A stretch of DNA of 24,383 bases, taken from IMG/VR virus record IMGVR_UViG_3300025109_000064. One strand, written 5' to 3'. Below the pieces are notes generated by a model, which was given only the letters and a program-made list of their open reading frames with translations, was not told where the DNA came from and searched no databases. The position numbers were made by a program, and so were the translations under genes. How positions within the stretch are numbered: the first letter of the stretch is position 1; the number at the start of each line of letters is the position of its first letter. Positions 9,763 to 17,455 of the stretch are shown here, piece by piece. The stretch comes from a virus.

Positions 9763-12035
9763 TAATGAATAAAGATTTCACAGTCGTAACATCCTTTGCT
9801 GTGCGTGATTGGGAAACGTATGGTAAAAGGTTTGTTGAAAGTTTCATAGAGTTCTGGCCTGAAACAATTAAGTTGCTTTGTTATTGTGACGGTTTCCCTA
9901 TGCCGGAAGATGCCCCGCAGGTAGACAACATAGAATATATAGACCTGCTTGACAATCAAGATTTAATAGACTTCAAAGAAAGGAACAAACAATTCAATGG
10001 AACACTCCCACAAAAACCTTACAACTTCTACGAAGATGCCATCAAATTTTGTCACAAAGTATATGCACAAAACATGGCAGCTAATAAAGCCAAAACTGAA
10101 TGGTTACTTTGGCTCGACGCCGACAGTGTTACCTACGAACCAGTTGGAGTTCAACTTCTCAAGAAAGTCTGTGATAGTGAATATGACATCGTTTATCTTG
10201 GTCGTAAAGACGCATATGCAACGTGTTCTTCATTTATAGGTTTCAATCTTAGTAGTAGTGTTACCCCTGTATTTATGGATGATTACGTTAATTACTACAA
10301 CAGCGATGAGGTTTTAAAACTCAAGTGTTTCGCAGATAACTTCGTGTTTGATAGGGTGCGTATCATACATGAAGCACATGGTATGCGTTCTCTTGACCTG
10401 ACACCTGACTGTACGATACTGGAAGCGTTTGATCTATGTGAACTCAGTAAAGCTATTATACATTTAAAGGGCAACAGGAAACGTACCAGTCGAGAAGTAA
10501 GAGTAACTGCCGCCAGATACCATGACCTGTTTAATACGGTTCAACATTATAAACGAAAGAATATTCTTGAGGTCGGTACATGGAATGGAGACACAGCTTG
10601 CGGTATGATTATGGCAGCTTTCCAGAACAGTGATGAAGTACACTACACAGGCATAGATCTATTTGAAGATGCTGATGAGGTTAGCGATAAGAAAGAATTT
10701 AATGTAAAAGCTCACTACTCTAAGAAAGCAGTTTCTTTAAAGCTTCAGGCGTTAGCTAAAGAATATGAATTAGAGGATAAGAAACTTACGTTCCATCTTA
10801 TAAAAGGAGATTCAAAAGAGAAACTGAAGATCCTAAAGGATAAAAGCATGTGTGGGATGTATAATATTTTTCCCGATTTTGTTTTTATAGATGGTGGTCA
10901 ATCAATAGAAACTGTCAAGAGCGATTTTAATCACTGCAAGAACATCCCTGTCATAGTTATGGATGATTATTATACTGAAGATGAATCAGGAGGTATACCA
11001 GAACCAGAGTATAGGGGCGTCAATGATATTTATAATGATGTGTTGGGAGGTACGAAGCGTACCGGTAAAAAGCAACGGATAATTATTCCTTCCAGTGATC
11101 GGGTTAAAGGTGGGGGGAATGTTAGTCTTGCGTTGATTGTAAATGATCCTAAGCTTCCAAAGTTACCTGATGTTAATAGAGTACCTGTACAGGTTAATCC
11201 AAGAGACTGTGTACCTTCAGATAACATACAGTTTAACGTCAAAGAAAATCTTAAACTCTTTAACAAACGTATGGTTGAAACCTGTCATTGGCATGACGGA
11301 AAGACTGTTATAGTTTCAGGTGGCCCTTCGTTCAAGAAGAAGAAGAATCTAAACAAGATTAAGAAGCTTCAGGATTCAGGTGCAAAGGTTGTTTGTGTTA
11401 AGCATTCACACAATCCTTTAATTGAGAACGGTATTATTCCGTGGGGTTGTGTCATTCTTGATCCGCGCCCATTCGACGGTGTATCAACACATGGTCACGT
11501 AAGAAAAGACTTACTTGAGGAACCACATCCTGAAACAAATTATATTATTGCAAGCATGACCAATCCTGAAGTAACCAAACACATCAAAACGAACAAAGGT
11601 AAACTACTTGGATGGCATGCATTTACTAACTCCCTGACAGACATGAAAGAACTTGAAGGAGTACAAATGATAACAGGTGGTACTTGTTCAGCCATGAGAT
11701 CGGTTGGTGTTATGCATGTGTTGGGGTTCAGAGAGTTTCATATCTTTGGTATGGACTGTTGCTATGAGGGCACACCTAAAGATATAGAAGAAAAAGATTT
11801 GTATGGTAAAAAGAAATGGCTTAAGGTTGGTATCCTTAATGAGAAAACAAATAAAGAAACAACGTTCTATACTACCGGTGAATTACTGGCATTAGCTCAA
11901 GACTTTGAATCTCTTCTTGAGCGAGATCAGGAAGTTGATATGGATCTTTATGTGTACGGAGATGGTATGGTACCAACCATATTTAAGACATCTGACTATA
12001 AAATCAAACAGAGTTTCGACAAGAAATATACTTGA
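9759..12035 (+). CDS. Three-domain fusion: GT-A glycosyltransferase + class I SAM methyltransferase + Maf/DUF115 (MptE-like) domain
   Basis: N-terminal WLLWLDADS (D120-A-D122). Middle region NILEVGTWNGDTA..YTGIDLF..FVFIDGGQS..VIVMDDY (Methyltransf_24-like). C-terminal VIVSGGPS..VVCVKHS..GIIPWGCVILDPR..GGTCSAMRSVGVMHVLGFREFHIFGMD (DUF115/Maf pattern). ATGA overlap with the upstream gene. Confidence 0.78.
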   Translation: MIMNKDFTVVTSFAVRDWETYGKRFVESFIEFWPETIKLLCYCDGFPMPEDAPQVDNIEYIDLLDNQDLIDFKERNKQFNGTLPQKPYNFYEDAIKFCHKVYAQNMAANKAKTEWLLWLDADSVTYEPVGVQLLKKVCDSEYDIVYLGRKDAYATCSSFIGFNLSSSVTPVFMDDYVNYYNSDEVLKLKCFADNFVFDRVRIIHEAHGMRSLDLTPDCTILEAFDLCELSKAIIHLKGNRKRTSREVRVTAARYHDLFNTVQHYKRKNILEVGTWNGDTACGMIMAAFQNSDEVHYTGIDLFEDADEVSDKKEFNVKAHYSKKAVSLKLQALAKEYELEDKKLTFHLIKGDSKEKLKILKDKSMCGMYNIFPDFVFIDGGQSIETVKSDFNHCKNIPVIVMDDYYTEDESGGIPEPEYRGVNDIYNDVLGGTKRTGKKQRIIIPSSDRVKGGGNVSLALIVNDPKLPKLPDVNRVPVQVNPRDCVPSDNIQFNVKENLKLFNKRMVETCHWHDGKTVIVSGGPSFKKKKNLNKIKKLQDSGAKVVCVKHSHNPLIENGIIPWGCVILDPRPFDGVSTHGHVRKDLLEEPHPETNYIIASMTNPEVTKHIKTNKGKLLGWHAFTNSLTDMKELEGVQMITGGTCSAMRSVGVMHVLGFREFHIFGMDCCYEGTPKDIEEKDLYGKKKWLKVGILNEKTNKETTFYTTGELLALAQDFESLLERDQEVDMDLYVYGDGMVPTIFKTSDYKIKQSFDKKYT

Positions 12036-12142
12036 CAATCTTTCATATTTGAGGTTTATTAGGTATATTATATAAATAAGGTTTATCTCTATAAAAAACC
12101 TGAGAGAAAAAAAATAACAGAAAAAAAAGGATATTTTATAAA

Positions 12143-12337
12143 ATGGAAATGTTATTGAGTGTATGGGCATTGATACCTGAATGGGTACAGGCTCTATGTG
12201 GATTAGTGACAGCCGCGACGGCGGTGACTGCACTAACTCCCTCTAAAGCAGACGATACTATTATAAACTCGATTCTAAAAGTTCTCAATCTATTAGCTGG
12301 TAATTTCGGAAAGAATATCAACGCTGATGATGTCTAG
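12143..12337 (+). CDS. Small membrane protein, putative holin
   Basis: 64 aa with a hydrophobic N-terminal half and a [10 protein letters not shown] motif seen in small phage membrane proteins; lies directly upstream of a spanin-like pair. Confidence 0.5.
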   Translation: MEMLLSVWALIPEWVQALCGLVTAATAVTALTPSKADDTIINSILKVLNLLAGNFGKNINADDV

Positions 12338-12524
12338 TTTAATAGGGTTTGGTATTGCCTCACTGGTAATTGTGCTCATGTTTTGGGCCGTATTCCGGTG
12401 GGGTAAGACCTCACAAAAGAAGGAAGATCTAGATGAGACAGTCGAAATTAAAGACAAGCAGCTACGTACTCGCAAGCCTACTATGCGTGAGCTTGTTGAC
12501 CGGTTGCGTAAGGGGGGTTTTTAA
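12327..12524 (+). CDS. Putative inner-membrane spanin (Rz-like)
   Basis: N-terminal TM helix ([19 protein letters not shown]) followed by a charged helical tail; its 3' half is overlapped by a lipoprotein gene in another frame. Confidence 0.6.
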   Translation: MMSSLIGFGIASLVIVLMFWAVFRWGKTSQKKEDLDETVEIKDKQLRTRKPTMRELVDRLRKGGF

Positions 12525-12675
12525 TACCTGCCCACCTGTTGTTGTTTATACCCACGAACAACAGAAGAAAGCTGCGACTGAACTGGGACAACTTGAAACA
12601 GATTCAGCGGTTCTGGACATGATGCTTGATTATGCAAAGCTTCGTGAACAATTGGGGTATTGTATATCAGATTAA
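12433..12675 (+). CDS. Putative outer-membrane spanin lipoprotein (Rz1-like)
   Basis: Signal peptide II with lipobox LLTG-C25, Pro-containing segment (TCPPVVVY), purine-rich AAGGAAG upstream of the ATG, and a 92-nt overlap with the i-spanin gene. Confidence 0.7.
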   Translation: MRQSKLKTSSYVLASLLCVSLLTGCVRGVFNTCPPVVVYTHEQQKKAATELGQLETDSAVLDMMLDYAKLREQLGYCISD

Positions 12676-12724
12676 AAGGTATTATTGTGTATTCGTAGTT
12701 TTATTTTAAAGGAGAGAAAAAGCT

Positions 12725-13459
12725 ATGAATAAAGACGTAATGCCTATTTTTATTGGTTGGGATCCTAACGAGATCGCAGCCTATAATGTGTTGGCTCACT
12801 CTATTAACGCTAGAGCCAGCCGTCCGGTATCCATTACGCCACTGATGTTATCTCAGCTTGGAGGACTTATGTGGCGTGATAGAAACCTACTTCAATCCAC
12901 ACAGTTCTCGTTCTCTAGATTCCTGACCCCATACCTTAATGATTATAAGGGTTGGGCTTTGTTTATGGATTGTGATATGCTGGTGCTTGATGATATGGCT
13001 AACCTGTTTGATCTATGTGATGACAGGTATGCAGTCATGGTAGTCAAACACGATCATGATCCAGAAGAGAAGGTTAAATTTCTTGGTGCTACACAGACCA
13101 AGTACGAGAAGAAAAACTGGTCAAGTGTTGTGTTGTATAACTGTAATAAATGCACAGCACTGACACCTGAATACGTTAATACAGCAACAGGTCTTGATCT
13201 TCATCAGTTTAAATGGTTAGGTGACGATAATCTTATCGGAGAGATCCCACACAAATGGAATCATCTGGTAGGTTATGATCAGAGTGTAGATGTATCAGAG
13301 ATATCTAACATTCACTGGACTATTGGTGGACCTTACTTTGATGAGTATGCCGGTTGCGACTATTCTGATGTATGGGTAGATGAACGACAGGATATGTTGT
13401 TTGCTACTGACGGAAGAAAATCTGAATATCTTAAATTAGCAGGTGGAACACATGCTTAA
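12725..13459 (+). CDS. GT-A fold glycosyltransferase, CDI-like family, paralogue 2
   Basis: IFIGWDPNE, STQFSFSRFLTPYL, GWALFMDCDM (DxD), YAVMVVKHD, KKNWSSVVLYNC, LHQFKWL, WNHLVG, IHWTIGGPYF. Strong SD (AAGGAG) upstream. Confidence 0.88.
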   Translation: MNKDVMPIFIGWDPNEIAAYNVLAHSINARASRPVSITPLMLSQLGGLMWRDRNLLQSTQFSFSRFLTPYLNDYKGWALFMDCDMLVLDDMANLFDLCDDRYAVMVVKHDHDPEEKVKFLGATQTKYEKKNWSSVVLYNCNKCTALTPEYVNTATGLDLHQFKWLGDDNLIGEIPHKWNHLVGYDQSVDVSEISNIHWTIGGPYFDEYAGCDYSDVWVDERQDMLFATDGRKSEYLKLAGGTHA

Positions 13460-13721
13460 AAAAATACTAACGACGTTACTTATTGTACCTATGTTTATGA
13501 TTGCTGCGTGTAATCACGATGATAATGATAAAAAACAACCAAAGATTCCCATAGATCCTGTGATTTATCCTGAAGAGGTTGTGCAGCCAAAGATTCCTAT
13601 AGATCCTGTGGTTATTACTGTAGATCCTGTGAATATTATTCCCATAGATCCTGTGGTTTATCCAGAGGAGATTGTGCGGCTAAATATTCCTATAGATCCT
13701 GTGATTTATCCTGAAGATTAG
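13452..13721 (+). CDS. Small lipoprotein built from IPIDPV(I/V)YPEE repeats
   Basis: Likely start is the ATG at 13452 (AGGTGG upstream, overlapping the previous stop), not the GTG at 13443. Signal peptide MLKKILTTLLIVPMFMIAA-C is followed by about 5 IPIDPV-type repeats. Confidence 0.65.
   Translation: MLKKILTTLLIVPMFMIAACNHDDNDKKQPKIPIDPVIYPEEVVQPKIPIDPVVITVDPVNIIPIDPVVYPEEIVRLNIPIDPVIYPED
13552..13703 (+). repeat. Five exact copies of TAGATCCTGTG within the lipoprotein gene
   Basis: Copies start at 13552, 13600, 13621, 13645 and 13693 (spacings 48, 21, 24, 48; all multiples of 3). Confidence 0.9.
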
Positions 13722-15415
13722 GAACAAGATTTAGAACCAGTCTCTGTATCGAAGAAACACGCATTACCTCCATTGGATTCTTCTTTAGTGGCTGGTTCTA
13801 TTTTGTTTAGAATACCATATCGTTTTCCTGCAATGCGGAAGGTGGTAACACCCTTTAGTTTACCCTTCCATGCTTTCTTATAGATCTCTTTAAACTCCTC
13901 AAACGTAACCCCATCCCCCACATTAATTGTCTTTGATATAGCACTGTCTATGAACGGTTGTGCTGCTATCTGCGTGGATAGGTGAGCATCTGTATCAAGA
14001 TCATCTACAGTCTCTCCTCTTATGTCGTACCTGTTATAGACATAATCCTTAAGATTAACTATGGTTGGTCCGTTCTTTGTTATTAAGGTTCGGTTTACTT
14101 CTAGTGCGAACACGGGTTCAAGCCCACTAGAGATGTTGTCTGCACAAAAACTTATGGTACCAGTAGGAGCTATGGATGTTAGGTGGCTGTTCCTTAATCC
14201 ATTTGTCTTTATCTTATTCTTTAACTCTTGCGGTAGTCTCTGAACGAATGAACTACTCTCAAGATATTTATCCTTATCGAATAAAGGAAACGAACCCTTC
14301 TCTTTGGCTAGATCAGAACTTGCTTCGTAAGCTGAGTGACAGATGATACCCAACACTCTTCGTACAAATCTAAGAGCTTCAGGACTACCATACTTTAATC
14401 CAAGAAGAGTAAGGGTGTTACCGAGAGCTGTGATACCAAGACCCATACGACGTTTGTCTTTAGCTTCCGACTCCTGTTGGTCAAGTGGATAGTTGGTACG
14501 GTCTATGATGTTATCCATAGCCCTCACAACAGGTTCAACATCTTCCTTTAGTCTGTCATAAAGAAAGGTACCTTCGTCCATGTACTGTACAAGATTAAAA
14601 CTACCCAACAGACACGCACCGTAAGGGGGTAGAGGCTGCTCACCACACGGGTTAGTAGATTCTATATGCTCACAATAATTTAGGGGGTTGTCTTGGTTAA
14701 TACGATCTATGAACAGGACACCGGGTTCAGCCCAATCCCAATTGGCTCTCATTATTTCATCCCACAGAGCCACCGAATTAATTTCGTTATAGACCCTATC
14801 ATTAAATCGTAACTGGAATGGCTTGTCCCTTACGACACAATCCATGAACTCATCAGTAATACCTATAGAGATATTAAAGTTGGTTAGTTCGTTGGTGTTT
14901 TGTTTTGATCGAATGAATGTTTCTATATCCGGATGGTCTACCCTCAAGACACCCATCATCGCGCCGCGTCTGTGCCCCGCTGAAACAATTGTACGACAAA
15001 TCGCATCATAGATGTGCATAAATGAAACAGGACCGCTGGCAGAAGAATCAAGAGAAACAATACGATCCCCCATAGGACGGATACGATTAAAATCATAACC
15101 AATTCCACCACCTCTACGCATTGTTTCAGCAGCTTCAGTAGCTTTTGCCATGATACTTTCCATGCTATCTTCAATGATGCCAGATACAAAACAATTAAAC
15201 GAAGTAACATCGCGTGGACTCCCCATAGCTGATTGGATTCTACCAGCTGGCATGAATCTCATATTCAGAAAAATATCTTTGAGTTGTTCAGAGTGTTCAT
15301 CATTATCACACATCGCATATGTAATTCTATACATAGCTTCTTCAAATGACTCATTAGGTAAACGATATTTATCGGCATGTAGTTGTTCACAAACCGGCAC
15401 AATTGGTCCATACAT
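13718..15415 (-). CDS. nrdJ: Ribonucleotide reductase, class II (adenosylcobalamin-dependent)
   Basis: FMPAGR, NCFV, GGGIGYDF, RRGAMMG, STNPCGEQPLPPYGACLLGS, IAPTGTIS and a C-terminal Cys pair (C-x10-C). No C-terminal YY pair of class I alpha subunits and no nrdB gene in the window. Confidence 0.88.
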   Translation of the reverse strand: MYGPIVPVCEQLHADKYRLPNESFEEAMYRITYAMCDNDEHSEQLKDIFLNMRFMPAGRIQSAMGSPRDVTSFNCFVSGIIEDSMESIMAKATEAAETMRRGGGIGYDFNRIRPMGDRIVSLDSSASGPVSFMHIYDAICRTIVSAGHRRGAMMGVLRVDHPDIETFIRSKQNTNELTNFNISIGITDEFMDCVVRDKPFQLRFNDRVYNEINSVALWDEIMRANWDWAEPGVLFIDRINQDNPLNYCEHIESTNPCGEQPLPPYGACLLGSFNLVQYMDEGTFLYDRLKEDVEPVVRAMDNIIDRTNYPLDQQESEAKDKRRMGLGITALGNTLTLLGLKYGSPEALRFVRRVLGIICHSAYEASSDLAKEKGSFPLFDKDKYLESSSFVQRLPQELKNKIKTNGLRNSHLTSIAPTGTISFCADNISSGLEPVFALEVNRTLITKNGPTIVNLKDYVYNRYDIRGETVDDLDTDAHLSTQIAAQPFIDSAISKTINVGDGVTFEEFKEIYKKAWKGKLKGVTTFRIAGKRYGILNKIEPATKEESNGGNACFFDTETGSKSCS

Positions 15416-15435
15416 AATTTTTTATTCCAAACTTG

Positions 15436-15464
15436 TTGACTGATGTGGACTTCACCACTATTCT
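15436..15464 (+). promoter_or_regulatory. Putative sigma70 promoter oriented antisense to the replication arm
   Basis: TTGACT (15436-15441), 17 bp, TATTCT (15459-15464), in the nrdJ/DUF3310 intergenic region. Confidence 0.5.
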
Positions 15465-15569
15465 AGTAAAATTATAGCCGTAGGATCGCTCAGGACGCGC
15501 AACTCTACCAGTAGATGATGCAACATACCCGAAAAGGAGAGATGTTTCTGTACGGGGCTGTGAGGCCCG

Positions 15570-15857
15570 TCAGGAGGATTTAGTGTTTTTTGGATAGTGA
15601 AGCTCCATTAATAAGTGACAATAGTGGATTACTTTCCTAACATCATCTTCTCCACCCTTCTGATGGTGTCTTGTTATGTATTTAATTATGTTTCCTTCAC
15701 ACCAACCAAGATTATTCTTGACAATATATTCGATGGGCTGGATGCTCATCTCTTTATAATGGTTCCCACCTATCTGTTTATCTAAAGCTGTGTCAGATTG
15801 TTTTTCTTTTGTTAATGATGAAGGTTTTGGATACATAGGATCTTCAGAGTATTTCAT
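15570..15857 (-). CDS. DUF3310 (T7 gp1.7 nucleotide kinase-related) protein
   Basis: ALDKQIGGNHYK..IQPIEYI..NLGWCEGNIIKYITR..KGGEDDVRKVIHY pattern. Confidence 0.82.
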   Translation of the reverse strand: MKYSEDPMYPKPSSLTKEKQSDTALDKQIGGNHYKEMSIQPIEYIVKNNLGWCEGNIIKYITRHHQKGGEDDVRKVIHYCHLLMELHYPKNTKSS

Positions 15858-15863
15858 TTTTTT

Positions 15864-16295
15864 TTAATCCCTTCTGTTCATCTCTAAATTTAATTCGTTG
15901 ATCAAAACATTAATACGACGACGATGGAATGGAATATCTTTATTGATAATTTTCTTGACAATTCTACGAAGATAATTGTGATCGGTATCTACTAAGGTAC
16001 ATATCTGAGATAGATCATCAACATGTTCTTCGTTAAAGAACCAGTCAATAGCTTCCTCTCTATTCTTAGTAACATCTTTTGGTTCATTCTTTTTCTCTAT
16101 TTGAGTTGCATCTAGTATAGCTTGGTAGATTACAGACAAGAACATAAGTTTCTCAGGACATGGCTGTGTATTCTTAGATAAGAATGTAGTTAAAGTACTA
16201 CTTCCTATGCTGGTGATAGAAGAGTATATCTCGTTAGAAATAATATCCTTATTATATACTACGTATGTTTTCTTTTGTTCTTCTTGTTTTGTCAT
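15864..16295 (-). CDS. Hypothetical phage protein (helical)
   Basis: 143-aa ORF packed into the operon; PEKLMFLSVIYQAILDA..REEAIDWFF..ICTLV pattern recalled from marine phage hypotheticals; no function recognised. Confidence 0.6.
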   Translation of the reverse strand: MTKQEEQKKTYVVYNKDIISNEIYSSITSIGSSTLTTFLSKNTQPCPEKLMFLSVIYQAILDATQIEKKNEPKDVTKNREEAIDWFFNEEHVDDLSQICTLVDTDHNYLRRIVKKIINKDIPFHRRRINVLINELNLEMNRRD

Positions 16296-16998
16296 TCGTT
16301 CTAACTTTGTGTACTAATAATTTACATTTTGTAAGCAACTCATCCCTCTTAAGACGAGCTTCAAATAGGTCGTGGGTATGTAGAGATTTAATTTTCTCTC
16401 TTTGACCAATAATACCTCTAACATCGGGAGGCCAATCAAACCTAAAATAAAATGTCTGATATGAGAGATAAAGATGCCTATGTTCTATGTAAAAAGGAAT
16501 CCTTCTTTTAACTGAAGGTATTATTATTTTTTTCTTCTCCTCATTCCACTGCTCTTCTTGATTTATTATCCTCATTAACTCTACAGCCCACGGAACACCT
16601 TTAGCAGCTTCTTTAATAATATTATTACAATCTACTTTTTTTTTCTTCGTTAACCATTCATCTGGTATTTTATTTTCAGCCCATTCAAAATCATGTTGAT
16701 CACACCAAAATCCGTATGATGTTTTAGAGGTCTTGTTAAGTTTCTTATTAGCGTCCATAAAAACAAATCTTATATCAATAAGTGGGTGTTGTTCTTTGAT
16801 AAGCTTGTGCTTAGTTCTATCACTTGGTTTAAAATATCCCTTAAACTCTATATAAAAACCATAGTCAACAAGATAAAAATCTGGTAAGTATGTCTTACTG
16901 ATAACATACGGTATTCTATTTGGTTCATACTCAAATTTTATTTTAGCATCTGCTAAGACATTTGCAAATTCTTTTTCTGCTTTACTTCGGTAGGTCAT
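16252..16998 (-). CDS. T7 endonuclease I-like Holliday junction resolvase (aa ~1-121) in frame with a DUF6538-like (integrase arm-type) DNA-binding module; fusion hinges on an A9 run
   Basis: YRSKAEK..FEYE..YLPDF..IEFKGYF..DRTKH..DIRFVF..SYGFWC..IPDEWL is the gp3 pattern. The C-terminal part carries HLYLSYQTFYFRFDWPPDVRGIIGQREKIKSLHTHDLFEARLKRDELL. The junction is T9 at 16636-16644 on the + strand. Confidence 0.75.
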   Translation of the reverse strand: MTYRSKAEKEFANVLADAKIKFEYEPNRIPYVISKTYLPDFYLVDYGFYIEFKGYFKPSDRTKHKLIKEQHPLIDIRFVFMDANKKLNKTSKTSYGFWCDQHDFEWAENKIPDEWLTKKKKVDCNNIIKEAAKGVPWAVELMRIINQEEQWNEEKKKIIIPSVKRRIPFYIEHRHLYLSYQTFYFRFDWPPDVRGIIGQREKIKSLHTHDLFEARLKRDELLTKCKLLVHKVRTNDKTRRTKENIRSI

Positions 16999-17455
16999 CT
17001 AGGTTCTCTATCTTAATATTATAACAGTCGGCTCTGCATACGTAGCCCTCATCTCTTTCGCCCCTCTTCATAAAGGTAGCTTCCTCAAAGAACTTTTCCT
17101 TTTTCATCATACCTAGTATCCATACCTTAGAGAAGTTATCCATAACCCTAACAAAACCATAGTAATCACATGCTTGTTTAATATTAGAGGAAGCTACCGT
17201 ACAATTATAATGAGGTAATGGTTTTACTGTGGTTCTTTTTGTCTTTACATCTACCTTAGATTTATCTTTAAGTACTATATCATAGTCATAGGTATGAACA
17301 AGTTTTCCTTTGACAACCGAATTAAACATAAGCTCTCCTACAAAACCAGCCAAACTTCCTTGTCCTTTGGTTATAGAATTATTTAATACACCTAATTCAT
17401 CTGATAGTTTTCTAGCTTTATTGATAACCTTAGATGGAATCTCTAGTTCAATCAT
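16982..17455 (-). CDS. Putative PD-(D/E)xK-fold nuclease
   Basis: LAGFVGELMF..YDYDIV..KVDVKTK resembles the restriction-endonuclease-like catalytic motif; ATGA overlap with the upstream gene. Confidence 0.5.
   Translation of the reverse strand: MIELEIPSKVINKARKLSDELGVLNNSITKGQGSLAGFVGELMFNSVVKGKLVHTYDYDIVLKDKSKVDVKTKRTTVKPLPHYNCTVASSNIKQACDYYGFVRVMDNFSKVWILGMMKKEKFFEEATFMKRGERDEGYVCRADCYNIKIENLDDLPK

Noticed and set aside
12032-12060. TTGACA upstream of the lysis cassette
   Set aside because: The -10 at 16-18 bp spacing (TTTATT/TTATTA) is poor, and the hexamer overlaps a stop codon; not enough support for a promoter call.
13597-13700. CTATAGATCCT occurs twice in the lipoprotein repeats (13597, 13690) and also in the terminal array (24166, 24270)
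   Set aside because: Explained by Pro-Ile-Asp-Pro codons in an AT-rich genome; an 11-mer match is weak after multiple testing. Revisit only if an array-binding protein is found.
13552-13703. CRISPR-like mini-array interpretation of the 11-bp repeats
   Set aside because: Repeats are too short, spacers are related to each other, and all spacings are multiples of 3 within a lipoprotein ORF.
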